Shown here: positions 26,013-36,092 of the stretch, in pieces
How the letters are laid out: each line of letters begins with the position of its first letter
Position numbering within the stretch: position 1 is the stretch's first letter
Program-made: the position numbers and the translations under genes
IMG/VR virus record: IMGVR_UViG_3300006173_000003
Coordinates: 1-64,000 of that record
Length of the DNA: 64,000 nt
Origin: a virus
Lineage: Duplodnaviria > Caudoviricetes
Direction: 5' to 3' (one strand)
The notes under the pieces: model-generated
Told to the model about the DNA's origin: nothing
Seen by the model: only the letters and a program-made list of their open reading frames with translations
Databases searched by the model: none

Positions 26013-29000
26013 TGGGAAAGTCAGTAAGAAGTAATAACCCTTTTGTACTGGGTGCGGAAGACTCCGATCAAATACCAGTAAAGCAGCAGCCACAACAGCA
26101 GCCGAACAATCCTTTTGTCTTAGGCGCACAAGACTCTCACTATGTAAAAAAAAAAGCTGGTGGCGACGGTTCTGCCTCCGATACTTCCCATACTCCATCC
26201 GAATCTCCAGAACAAGCCGCTAAAGCATTTCAGGATAAGACGCTAACCAAACAGTCTGTAGACGTATTGGCTGATACAGACGCCGGAAAGAAAGCTGGCC
26301 TTAACAATATGTCCCCCGATGCCAGGGAAGTGTTTGCGCAAGCTCATAATGGCCCAAAGAAGTCGGATCTTGTTCAGTCTGTGACAGGGATACTTGATAC
26401 CTATTTCCCAAAAAGCCTAGACCCTGCGCAGAATAAAAAGACCTTCGACATGAAGCAGGCCATATTACAGGGCAATCAGGATGCTATCATAGGAACAAGG
26501 GACAATCTTATTCAAGGATTGCAAAAAAAGATTGATCAGAGAAAGAACGAGATATACCGACCTTTGCCGGGAACTCTTGGAGCGAAACAGTATTCCGACG
26601 CCCTATTGGAAGCGGACGCTACAATACAACAGTTAAAGGCTCAGCAGAAAAAAGTAACCGATTCGTTCAATGAGTACGGTAAGCAGTCGTTGGTAAGTAG
26701 TAAGGACATGGAGGCGTGGCTGAAATTAGATGCCGAACACCCAAACATCCAAACGAGTATCGCTTCCGAAAAACTGGGAAAGGCAGTCGAAGAAAAATAT
26801 GGCATCGAACGTGAAACCCCCAACAAGGAACACGACCGAATGGCTTCAGGTATGCGCCTTATCATGCAAAGTCTTCAAATGGATGTTAATGAGGCATTGG
26901 CTTATGGCATTCCTACTAAGAACCCGGAACTTCTAAAAAAGGCTCAGGATAAAATAGCCACACTGGCCCGGTATCGGGATATGTATGAAAAGCTGGATAC
27001 AGAACAATTCCCAGACGTTGGCTTAGATAAAACTGCCCGTTTTTTAGGAGATATTATAGCTGAAAAACACCCAAACAAGCTCATTCGCACCGCGGCTGAT
27101 GTAAGAGAAGCGGGGAAGATAGCCAACGAACGGAATCCGGGGTTCATGGATAAGTACGGGAAGTTTGTAGAGACTGCGGCCCAAAAGCAAGATCAGGGAA
27201 CATTTATTCCCCGTGGTGGTGGAGTGATTAATGAATTTGTGGGAGGCGTGATATCTGCGTCCGCAAGAAATGCCCTTGACCTTCTGAAATGGAAGGCCAG
27301 AGCCGGTACTTTGTCGGAGACAGATAAGACCGACTTGTCAAGGGAAACGTCTCCGGGCCTGAGAGGGACAACCCAATCCGGAACGGAAACAACCAAAATA
27401 ACCTACGACAAGGAAGGGAAGGCGTATCGGGAACTCCCCAACGAAAACTACAGCACCCTACCTTGGAATAACTTCTTCCGTTTTGCAGGAGAAAGTGCGC
27501 CGGGGCTGGCTGAGTTTATAGCCGCCGAGGGAACGGCAAAAGTGGCAACCGAGGCACTTTCTTTTGGAAGGGCCGGTGCTGCAACGAAACAGTTTGCTGG
27601 ATTACTTGGAGCCACTTACTTAACAAGCTATAACAGCAATAGAGAGTTTGCAGATGCTAACATTGACGATAAAACATCCACAGGTGAGGCAAAAAAGATC
27701 GTATTAGCTAACCTTCTTACGGTGGCAAATGCTGGGGTTTTTCATGCATTGGGTGCATCTCCATCTAAACTTGTAGAAAAAGCAATATCTAAAGCTGTAA
27801 CTCCTGACGTGCTTGAAGTGCTGGAAAAGAACTCGTGGGAACAATTGAGTCAGAAAACCGCAGAAAAATTATTGAAGGATAAAATACTCCCTCGCGCAAA
27901 GGCTATCGTCCAAAAGTTCGGAGAAAATTTAGAAGGAGGAGCAAAGATGGGGGCCGCGTCCGTAATCGATCAAAAGATACATGATCTGGCCGGGGTGATG
28001 ACTAATACAAACTATAGGCCATCCACGGTAGAAGACAATGCCCGTTCTTTTGTGCAGCAGGCTCTACTTATGACTGTTGTTGGGTTGCCAGGAATGATCT
28101 CTTCCGGGGCCATGCCGCATACTACCAGGGAAGCGCTTCATGAGGCTGGACTATATGGACCTCAATACATCGACCAAATAAATGAGCGAGTACAGAATGG
28201 GGACTTAGACCCGGTAAAGGCCAACGGCATGATTGCCATGATAAAAACCATGCATGAAGAGTTGGGAAAAGCAGCCAAGGAAACCAACGACGACGGAACC
28301 CCTTTAACAATCCATCAGCAGCGTGATTTAGCCATAGCTAACTTTCGGAAGAGAGCCGCTGCGTCTATGGAAGAACAGGGATTGCCTGTTTCAAAAGAAG
28401 GGGCTGAGTCTGAGGCGGACAAAGACATCAAAAACATCAAGCAGCAAAATAATTGGCAGAACATTGAAGACACCCCTACCTTTAAATCCATAAAAGAACA
28501 GCAGGGGAAAGCGTTAGAGAGTTCGCTAAGGAACAAGGAAGACGTACAAAACGCATTAGATAATGATAAATCATTAACCGATAAGCAGAGAAATAATTTA
28601 GAAAAAGCAATAGAGAATATTGACGAATATATAGAGATGTTTAAATCTCAAAAACCAGTTGAATCTTTATCTGATATAGATCCCACTGCCCGATATTATT
28701 ACGAGAAAGACGGAAAAATAGTATTGGAGAGTGGAAGCGATCTTATTCACCATTTAGAAACAGGAGACATTTATGAAAAAGAGAAGCCTGACAATAAAAA
28801 AACACCCACTGAAAAAACCGAAAATACTGAAGTTAAAGGCAAAGATGCCGAAGATAAAAAAACATCCGCTATAGCGCAACCCGTTTCTGAAAAAGGGAAA
28901 GCGGCCATAAAAGAGGCGAATGAAAGGGAAAAAGAAGTAGAAGATGCCGGTTTTAATTTTTTGACCCAAGAAGATGATGGAGAGTTTTATAATAAAAACA

Positions 29001-32000
29001 GAAAATATGAGTCAGATGAGGTGCCAATAGGAATGGTTGGTCTGAAAGAAGAGGAACAGGGGAAGGGATTGGGAACCCTTGCATATATTTTGAAAGGAGA
29101 GGAATACTTGAAACAAGGAAGACATCTTGTGTCCGACGCCCCTCATATTCCCGAGGCTCGAACTGATCAGGCGACAGGTGTTTGGAAAAAACTGGTAAAG
29201 CTTGGACTCGCTACCGAAACAAGCCCAGGGAGTTATCGATATGGAGGGGAAAGGGAGGGTACTTCCGAATCTGGAAAGTATAAGCCCAACATCAGGGATG
29301 ACTACTTTGCTAAAGCGGACTTCTTTACTCCAGAAGAAAAAAAGAAGTTTGAAACTCTGGATGACGATGGGAAGGATAAAATGATTGATGACAAGAGGGC
29401 TGAATTAAAGTCGGCAAAACATTCTGATGAGGAACCGAACAATCTGAGTGCGCAAGATGAACAGGCGGCAAGGGAAGCCGACGCCAATATTTCAAAGCAA
29501 CTACAAGCAAGTTATGACAGACTTATAGCATCCGGAACGGACCCTAGCGATCCAGAAATGAAACGGTTGCAAGAACGAATAGAATCTCTTTCACCAAAAA
29601 CAGAAACCGATGGCAATGTCAAAACAGAGCAAAGCGGCGATAGCCAAAAAGAAGGTGTCTCCGAAGGTAAAGAAAGCGGCCAAGAAAGCGAAGGCCCAGA
29701 CAAAAAAGGGGATGTATTAACTCCCGAATCAGAGACGGGTGCGGCAAAGCCTCCGGAGGATAAACCCGCACCCACCCCTGAAAACTCTTCCCCAATAGTA
29801 GGAATAAGGGATTCTATCGTCAACGCAGACCGTATCCATAAAGGATTAGAGCCATTGGTTAAAGAATTTACCCGACATTGGCAGGATAACTGGAATCAGA
29901 TTAAAAAGAACATTCGGAAAGGATTTAGCCCGCGTAAATTCATTGAAGATACAGCCGCAAAGATAGCCAGGGAAGACAAGGATAACCAAGGGCGAAAATC
30001 AAAAAAGAGAACAACGTTTAGCGATTATGATTATGCGACGCTACTTTTTGATCGACTGGATATTCAAAACAATATAGCCAGAGCCGATGATGTATTAAGG
30101 GATGCGAAAGAAAAAGGAGACATGGGATCTGAAACAGCCGCTCAACAACTTCTGGATCGATATAACGAGCAGTTAATGCAAAATGACATTGTAGGTCGTC
30201 GCATGAAATCGGAAAGCGGTCGAGCCTTATCTGCTATCCAGATGATGACAAAAATGGATGGAGAATTGGTAAATTGGACTCGCGACCTTGCTAATTTGTA
30301 TCATGGAACGATGCCCGATGTCCTTAAAACTTTCGTTGAACGTATAGAAAAGGATTACAAACAGAAGACCGAAGAACTTCGACAACACTATGAATCCCTG
30401 TTACAAAAAGCTGCCGAAGATGCTTTCACAAAATGGCAAGAGGATGCCACAAAAACAAAAAAAACAGACAAGCCGACAAAAACGGTAAAAACTCAGGGCA
30501 AAGAATTGGCCGATAAAATAAGGGGGTTACGGGATAAACTTGGAACCAATAAGCGTGATTCCTTGCAGTCCAATATATTTGGGTTGCCTATTGCCATTGC
30601 CGACAGCGCATTAGTCACAATAGCCAATTTGGTAGAAGGGGGAGCTAAGTTGATAGATGCTATTAATGAGGCCCTGAAAGATGTTAAATTTGATAACGAA
30701 AAAGATAGGGATGCCTTCATTTCCCATCTTCAAAACACCGAAGACCCGGAATCCGAACAGGCTAAAAGGGCAAACAGCATTGAAAATATAAAAAGTATTG
30801 CAAAAGAACAGGGTGTAACCACGCTTCCCCCAGAGGCCAATAAAGACTTACAAAGTTTAATGAAGTCCTACATAAAAGACGGAGTCAAGTCGTTGGATGA
30901 ATTGGTTAAAAAAACGATGGAAGACATTAAAGGCGACCTTCCAGATGTTGAAGAAAGGGATGTGCGGGATGCTTTTTCTGGTTACGGGCCTAAGCCTGAC
31001 GGAGAATCTAAAATGAAGTCAGATTTAGCCAAACTTAAAGAACAGTCACGTAAGGTTTCTGAATACCAAGATTTACTTCAAAAGCCTGCCGGGGAAACGC
31101 TAGCACAAGAGGCAAGGCGTCTGGAAAAGGCCCGTAAGTTAGCTGATGAAGTAAATGGGTACATGCGTGAAATGGGTATCGAGCAAGAGCCGCCTCCGAC
31201 TACACCAGAAGCTAAAAAGGCACTAGCACTAGAGAAATCTAAGGCCAGAATGAAGTCTGTGATAGAAGGTTTGAATAAGCAAATATTGGCCGGTGAACGC
31301 AAGGAACGAAATGGCATTACTCCTGATAGGGAATTGTCTGTTCTTAAATCTGAACGCGATCGGTTGTCTAAGCAGTTGGATGAAATCGAAAAAGCAAAAG
31401 TATCTCCCGAAGAAAAAATAAAGCAGACCGTAGATGCTTTAAATCGGCAGATACTAAATTACGAAAGACAAATAAGAGAAGGAGTAGACCTTATGAAGCC
31501 AAAAGAAGAACGCCCTTCGACCAAACAAATAGAACAACTTCGTAAGAGAAAGAATGAGCTTAAAAAGGAGGTAGAAGGCATACGTAGGGATACAGACCCA
31601 AATTATGATCCTCAAAAAAGAGCATTGGAAGATTATAACGAAGGACTGCAAAAAAGAGCATGGGAATTGGAAGATAAGATAGAAAACAAGGATTACGCCG
31701 AACCAGAACCACCAAATAAAGTAGATTTCTCAAAGGATAAAAAATCTATTGAATTGGAATCCAATATCAGGAAATTGGAAGCTAACTTTTATGCGGCAAG
31801 AAAGGCAGGAGAACTAATAAATAGGTCTTGGTTACAGAAAGCAATGTCATTCTTAGCCTCACTTAAACGATCTTTTGTATTATCCAGGATATCGACTTTC
31901 GGACGGCTTGTTGCTGCTGACTTTTGGTCTAATGCGGTGTTCTCCCCATTGGAATCCGTGTCCGGGACTGGTCAATATTTGGGAACAAAAATAGGCTTTG

Positions 32001-33274
32001 CTAAAAAACTATCCCAACAAGCTGATAGATATGGAGTTTCAACCAAAGGAGATTTAGGCGCAATATGGAAAGGAGAGGTGGCGGCTATCAAGGCTCTTGG
32101 AAGCCCACAAACGTGGAAAGATTTTGTAAGCGATGCAAAGAATGGCTATAGTGAATTGACATTAATGTATGCGGAACATCAACACATAGGCGTGCCTAAA
32201 GAATTAAGAGACCATTGGCAAACAATAGAACATGGATTGGAGGTCATAGGAAGGACTCACGGAGCAGTGAAAGGAATTTCCAAAAGGATGGAGTTCATGC
32301 GGTCATATGTGATTAGAAAAGAGGCAGCGAGAAGAAAAGGCGCTGACGTGGATAATCCTGTGATTCAGGCTTCAATAGGAGCAATGGCGTACAAGGACGC
32401 GCTGAGACACATATTGATGGAAGACAACATGGCCTCTAAAGGGTACGCATGGGTAATTGACAAACTCGAAAAACAAGGTCTTGCCTCTCAATTTCTGGCT
32501 CTGGGGATGAAAGAATTGATGCCTATCGTCAAAATACCTACCAATCTCGTGTTAAATGCAGTAAGGGGAGCCGTTGGTACTCCTTTGGCCGGGGGAATGA
32601 TTGCTTTTAGGGGCCTTGTAGAAGTAATGAGTAAGGGAAACAGCGAATGGGGCATAAGCAAATTGACGCCAGAGCAATCCGACGCTTTGTTACGTAACCT
32701 ACGTAAAGGTAATGTTGGCATGGCCTTAATGATAGCCGGATTCGTCGCTCCCAATATGTTTGGCGCTGCTCATTATTATCAAAAAGGATCAGAACAGCCA
32801 GAAGGATTAGCAGAAGGAGAAGTTAATTTCTTTGGAGTGACCGTCCCTCGTTGGCTGGCTGATAATCCTTACTTAGTCACTATGAAAATAGGGGCATCTT
32901 TACGTAGCGCGTTTGATTACTATACTGACGAGAAGGATCAATCGTTTGCCAAGGCTGGGGCTAATGCGTTAATCCACACAATGGCCGGAGCAGCAGAAGA
33001 AACACCTTTGATTGGCTCCCCGGCTCAATTATATCAAGCCGCCACTGGATATGGAGGCGATTATTTCTGGTATAATTTCGTTAAGGGAACTGCTGAACCC
33101 GGACTGCTTCAAGAAATCGCTGAGGATACGGATAATACAGAAAACAATTTAAGGAACGTAATATTCGGGGATTTTATAAAACCAAGTCCCAGAATTAAGA
33201 GAAAACCATCATCCATTGGAGAGGCATTAGAAACAGGACTTCCAGGGGCCAGAGAAAACGTGGAAGAAAAATAA
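26012..33274 (+). CDS. Giant ejection/polyvalent protein (2420 aa) with a GNAT-like domain
   Basis: Extensive coiled coils; IGMVGLKEEEQGKGLGTLAY motif near 29020-29090; C-terminal hydrophobic helices. Confidence 0.7.
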   Translation: MGKSVRSNNPFVLGAEDSDQIPVKQQPQQQPNNPFVLGAQDSHYVKKKAGGDGSASDTSHTPSESPEQAAKAFQDKTLTKQSVDVLADTDAGKKAGLNNMSPDAREVFAQAHNGPKKSDLVQSVTGILDTYFPKSLDPAQNKKTFDMKQAILQGNQDAIIGTRDNLIQGLQKKIDQRKNEIYRPLPGTLGAKQYSDALLEADATIQQLKAQQKKVTDSFNEYGKQSLVSSKDMEAWLKLDAEHPNIQTSIASEKLGKAVEEKYGIERETPNKEHDRMASGMRLIMQSLQMDVNEALAYGIPTKNPELLKKAQDKIATLARYRDMYEKLDTEQFPDVGLDKTARFLGDIIAEKHPNKLIRTAADVREAGKIANERNPGFMDKYGKFVETAAQKQDQGTFIPRGGGVINEFVGGVISASARNALDLLKWKARAGTLSETDKTDLSRETSPGLRGTTQSGTETTKITYDKEGKAYRELPNENYSTLPWNNFFRFAGESAPGLAEFIAAEGTAKVATEALSFGRAGAATKQFAGLLGATYLTSYNSNREFADANIDDKTSTGEAKKIVLANLLTVANAGVFHALGASPSKLVEKAISKAVTPDVLEVLEKNSWEQLSQKTAEKLLKDKILPRAKAIVQKFGENLEGGAKMGAASVIDQKIHDLAGVMTNTNYRPSTVEDNARSFVQQALLMTVVGLPGMISSGAMPHTTREALHEAGLYGPQYIDQINERVQNGDLDPVKANGMIAMIKTMHEELGKAAKETNDDGTPLTIHQQRDLAIANFRKRAAASMEEQGLPVSKEGAESEADKDIKNIKQQNNWQNIEDTPTFKSIKEQQGKALESSLRNKEDVQNALDNDKSLTDKQRNNLEKAIENIDEYIEMFKSQKPVESLSDIDPTARYYYEKDGKIVLESGSDLIHHLETGDIYEKEKPDNKKTPTEKTENTEVKGKDAEDKKTSAIAQPVSEKGKAAIKEANEREKEVEDAGFNFLTQEDDGEFYNKNRKYESDEVPIGMVGLKEEEQGKGLGTLAYILKGEEYLKQGRHLVSDAPHIPEARTDQATGVWKKLVKLGLATETSPGSYRYGGEREGTSESGKYKPNIRDDYFAKADFFTPEEKKKFETLDDDGKDKMIDDKRAELKSAKHSDEEPNNLSAQDEQAAREADANISKQLQASYDRLIASGTDPSDPEMKRLQERIESLSPKTETDGNVKTEQSGDSQKEGVSEGKESGQESEGPDKKGDVLTPESETGAAKPPEDKPAPTPENSSPIVGIRDSIVNADRIHKGLEPLVKEFTRHWQDNWNQIKKNIRKGFSPRKFIEDTAAKIAREDKDNQGRKSKKRTTFSDYDYATLLFDRLDIQNNIARADDVLRDAKEKGDMGSETAAQQLLDRYNEQLMQNDIVGRRMKSESGRALSAIQMMTKMDGELVNWTRDLANLYHGTMPDVLKTFVERIEKDYKQKTEELRQHYESLLQKAAEDAFTKWQEDATKTKKTDKPTKTVKTQGKELADKIRGLRDKLGTNKRDSLQSNIFGLPIAIADSALVTIANLVEGGAKLIDAINEALKDVKFDNEKDRDAFISHLQNTEDPESEQAKRANSIENIKSIAKEQGVTTLPPEANKDLQSLMKSYIKDGVKSLDELVKKTMEDIKGDLPDVEERDVRDAFSGYGPKPDGESKMKSDLAKLKEQSRKVSEYQDLLQKPAGETLAQEARRLEKARKLADEVNGYMREMGIEQEPPPTTPEAKKALALEKSKARMKSVIEGLNKQILAGERKERNGITPDRELSVLKSERDRLSKQLDEIEKAKVSPEEKIKQTVDALNRQILNYERQIREGVDLMKPKEERPSTKQIEQLRKRKNELKKEVEGIRRDTDPNYDPQKRALEDYNEGLQKRAWELEDKIENKDYAEPEPPNKVDFSKDKKSIELESNIRKLEANFYAARKAGELINRSWLQKAMSFLASLKRSFVLSRISTFGRLVAADFWSNAVFSPLESVSGTGQYLGTKIGFAKKLSQQADRYGVSTKGDLGAIWKGEVAAIKALGSPQTWKDFVSDAKNGYSELTLMYAEHQHIGVPKELRDHWQTIEHGLEVIGRTHGAVKGISKRMEFMRSYVIRKEAARRKGADVDNPVIQASIGAMAYKDALRHILMEDNMASKGYAWVIDKLEKQGLASQFLALGMKELMPIVKIPTNLVLNAVRGAVGTPLAGGMIAFRGLVEVMSKGNSEWGISKLTPEQSDALLRNLRKGNVGMALMIAGFVAPNMFGAAHYYQKGSEQPEGLAEGEVNFFGVTVPRWLADNPYLVTMKIGASLRSAFDYYTDEKDQSFAKAGANALIHTMAGAAEETPLIGSPAQLYQAATGYGGDYFWYNFVKGTAEPGLLQEIAEDTDNTENNLRNVIFGDFIKPSPRIKRKPSSIGEALETGLPGARENVEEK

Positions 33275-33278
33275 AAGC

Positions 33279-33854
33279 ATGATACTACTATCAGCACATA
33301 AAGATACTATAAAGAATAACTACCAACTTCGGTATGAAAAAGGAGAGTTTATAGGATTGTTGGATAATTGGATAGGGGTATTTATTACGAACCTACTTAT
33401 TTTTGATGATCCTAATATCGCAAGACTTGAAAAAGATGGAGAGATTAGAATATTTATGGGGGATAGCGAAGAATGGGGAACAATTACTCCGCTACCCCAT
33501 TTAGATGATAAAGATATTGTGTTGGTTATAGATGTAGAGACTGGCAAAAAGTACGACAAATACGACTTGGCGTTTGTTAATATATCTGGATTTCCAAAGA
33601 AGGAAATAAGAGGTCTTTGTGATCATTTAAAATGGGAAGGATTTTCAGTTTTGAGTAAGTTTTATGATGGGGATAGGAATAATGAGGATGAGGCATGGCA
33701 ATGGAGAAAGAAGGGGGTTAGAGTTATAAGTATAGTTATCCCTTGTAATGATGCCGGGAAAACAGGATGGCACGTGGACAATTGCACCATTTCGTATGAA
33801 AAAGTGGTTGTTTGTAAGGAAGCCATAAAAAGAGTAATAAATTATTTGTTATGA
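33279..33854 (+). CDS. Zn-dependent exopeptidase (M28/M20-like fold)
   Basis: SAHKD, LLDN, SEEWG, VIDV, WH: the complete metal-ligand set. Confidence 0.75.
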   Translation: MILLSAHKDTIKNNYQLRYEKGEFIGLLDNWIGVFITNLLIFDDPNIARLEKDGEIRIFMGDSEEWGTITPLPHLDDKDIVLVIDVETGKKYDKYDLAFVNISGFPKKEIRGLCDHLKWEGFSVLSKFYDGDRNNEDEAWQWRKKGVRVISIVIPCNDAGKTGWHVDNCTISYEKVVVCKEAIKRVINYLL

Positions 33855-34051
33855 ATCTTTGTAATGGGAGAGTGTCGATAATCGATGACCCAGAGGTTGG
33901 TGGACGGGTCATTTTAACATTTTACCCCGACAATAAACCGATTCATTATAGTGTGTCATATTGGGATTTGAAAGAGTTGCTTGAGAAGTCAAATTCATCT
34001 ATTAAACTAATAGATAGCAAATTCACTTTAACGGAAAATCATGGAAATTAA
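33851..34051 (+). CDS. Hypothetical protein
   Basis: 66-aa ORF overlapping both neighbours. Confidence 0.5.
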   Translation: MNLCNGRVSIIDDPEVGGRVILTFYPDNKPIHYSVSYWDLKELLEKSNSSIKLIDSKFTLTENHGN

Positions 34052-35324
34052 TTTGAAAGACAAAACAGTTTTAGTTTTCGATTATGGCGGATTCGTTGAA
34101 GTGGCTATTCGTTTGTCCAGAGACTTTGGCCGTGTGTTATATTATTGTCCATACGAAAGCGAGTTTATGAAGCATCAGCCATATATAATTGGCGATGGCA
34201 TACCATCAGTGGAAAGGGTGAATAACATATGGGATTATTACCATGAAGTAGACTTATTTGTGTTTACTGATTTGCATCAAGGGCCATTTCAAGATTGGCT
34301 TAGAGAACATGGGAAATTAGTGTTTGGCGCTGGTCGTGGCGAGGATATGGAATTGTATAGAGATAGAATGAAGTCCCTTCAGAGAGAAATAGGATTACCT
34401 GTAAATGAACATTGGATTGTAGAGGGGCTGGATAATTTGAAAACCTTGTTGGAACCAATGGAAGACGTGTGGGTAAAAACAAATTTATTCAGGGGAGACG
34501 GAGAGACATGGCACTATATAAATAAACAATTAAGTGAAGAAAAATTGATAGAGCTAGAGGATTCCTTAGGAGCCAACAGGGACAACGTTATATTTGTGGT
34601 AGAGCAGTCTATTAAAGATTGCGTTGAAGCCGCTTATGATGGATTTGCCATTAATGGGCTGTATACCCGGATATGCCCTGTTGGGTTGGAAATAAAGGAC
34701 GAAGCGTACATAATGAAGTTGGTGGAATATGATAAAATACCCAAACCACTGAAAGATGTAACAGATAAATTAGCTCCGATATTCAGAGAATATAACTACA
34801 GGGGAGACTATGGCAATGAGGTAAAAATACTTAAAGACGGAACTGGATATTTATTGGACCAAACAACACGATGCCCCTCACCGCCAACTAGCATAAAGAT
34901 AGAAATAATTGAAAACTATAGTCAGTGTGTATATCTGATTGCAATGGGGATGGTTCCTGAAATAAGGTATAAATACAAATATGGGTGTCAAGTATCCATA
35001 AAGAGTGATTGGGCCAAGGCAAAGCCGCAGCCGGTTTATTTCCCGGAAAAATATAAAGACTTTGTTAAGTTAAAAAATTTATACATTGATAAGGATGGGG
35101 TTTATAAATATATACCCAAAAAAGATTTAGAAACTGATTACGCTGGTGCAGAAGGAATAGGAGCGGTTGTTGGGCTGGGAAATACCTTAGAAGAAGCTCA
35201 AGGTATGTGTAAAAAAATAGCAAAAGAGGTAAAAGGGTATGGTATATACATCGAGTCTCATACCCTTGATGCGGCTCAAAAGGAATTAGACAAGTTAACA
35301 AAGTTTGGAATAAAATTATTTTAA
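34041..35324 (+). CDS. ATP-grasp amide ligase, PurD (GAR synthetase)-like
   Basis: FGAG..E.MELYR..MK, VWVKT, VVEQ, YRGD, LLDQTTRCPSP. Confidence 0.75.
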   Translation: MEINLKDKTVLVFDYGGFVEVAIRLSRDFGRVLYYCPYESEFMKHQPYIIGDGIPSVERVNNIWDYYHEVDLFVFTDLHQGPFQDWLREHGKLVFGAGRGEDMELYRDRMKSLQREIGLPVNEHWIVEGLDNLKTLLEPMEDVWVKTNLFRGDGETWHYINKQLSEEKLIELEDSLGANRDNVIFVVEQSIKDCVEAAYDGFAINGLYTRICPVGLEIKDEAYIMKLVEYDKIPKPLKDVTDKLAPIFREYNYRGDYGNEVKILKDGTGYLLDQTTRCPSPPTSIKIEIIENYSQCVYLIAMGMVPEIRYKYKYGCQVSIKSDWAKAKPQPVYFPEKYKDFVKLKNLYIDKDGVYKYIPKKDLETDYAGAEGIGAVVGLGNTLEEAQGMCKKIAKEVKGYGIYIESHTLDAAQKELDKLTKFGIKLF

Positions 35325-35325
35325 T

Positions 35326-35496
35326 ATGCCACTAAAAAAAGCTCATGGCAGAGGTAAAAAGGCGGTGCAATCTGCTGTATCTGCCAATATAAGAGAGTTG
35401 TATCATGCAAATGATAGTAAACCATCCGGAAAGAAAAGATCGGCGGCTCAGATTAAGGCTATTGCCTATTCCGCTGCTAAAAAGAAGAAAAAGTAA
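35326..35496 (+). CDS. Small very basic protein (56 aa, not in the ORF track)
   Basis: MPLKKAHGRGKKAVQSAVSANIRELYH...AIAYSAAKKKKK, a type often seen next to terminase genes. Confidence 0.7.
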   Translation: MPLKKAHGRGKKAVQSAVSANIRELYHANDSKPSGKKRSAAQIKAIAYSAAKKKKK

Positions 35497-36092
35497 TGGT
35501 AAATATATTTTCGGAAGTAGTCAACTTTGATGGAGTAAACTTTCAGGATCACCTAAAGAGGCTTAATGTCTTCCACCTGTTCGATAAGATATTTACAAGT
35601 CCCTTATTTGATGATAATAAAGTTCAAATAAAAGTCATTCAATATATAGCATATTCTCATTCAACGGAAAGCCAGAAACTAAGCCTTGGAGGGGACAGAA
35701 GAAAAGAGTGTGCCAGGATATTCAAAGAATTGGAACTAGATGATAAATACTATGAGCCAGTGGTTATGTTGGCAAGTAGAGATGTCCTTGATTGCGCACA
35801 AGCATGGATGAAGCATAAGGACAACCGTCAGATCGAATACCTTTTTACACTTGAAAACGCCTATATGCAGCAGCAGAAGGCGTCTTTGGAGATGTTGAAG
35901 AAATCAGATGGACTAACGGTTGACTATAATCAAAAGATGGATTGTATTTTGCATATGACTGACCTTAAAAAAATGATTAAGGAGGCCGAATCGGAGCTTC
36001 AACAGAACGACATTAAGTTGAAAGAGGCGCATCAGGAGGTCAAAAAGGCAGCAGCCAAATTTACTATAAGTCCGGAAAATTTTGCAAAATAA
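35496..36092 (+). CDS. Putative terminase small subunit
   Basis: 198 aa with a C-terminal coiled coil, directly upstream of TerL. Confidence 0.5.
   Translation: MVNIFSEVVNFDGVNFQDHLKRLNVFHLFDKIFTSPLFDDNKVQIKVIQYIAYSHSTESQKLSLGGDRRKECARIFKELELDDKYYEPVVMLASRDVLDCAQAWMKHKDNRQIEYLFTLENAYMQQQKASLEMLKKSDGLTVDYNQKMDCILHMTDLKKMIKEAESELQQNDIKLKEAHQEVKKAAAKFTISPENFAK

Noticed and set aside
26012-33274. Virion RNA polymerase
   Set aside because: No DxDxD (DFDGD/DFDID-type) catalytic motif found; sequence is mostly coiled coil
34041-35324. True purD auxiliary metabolic gene
   Set aside because: Divergent from PurD, no purine genes nearby, linked to a peptidase
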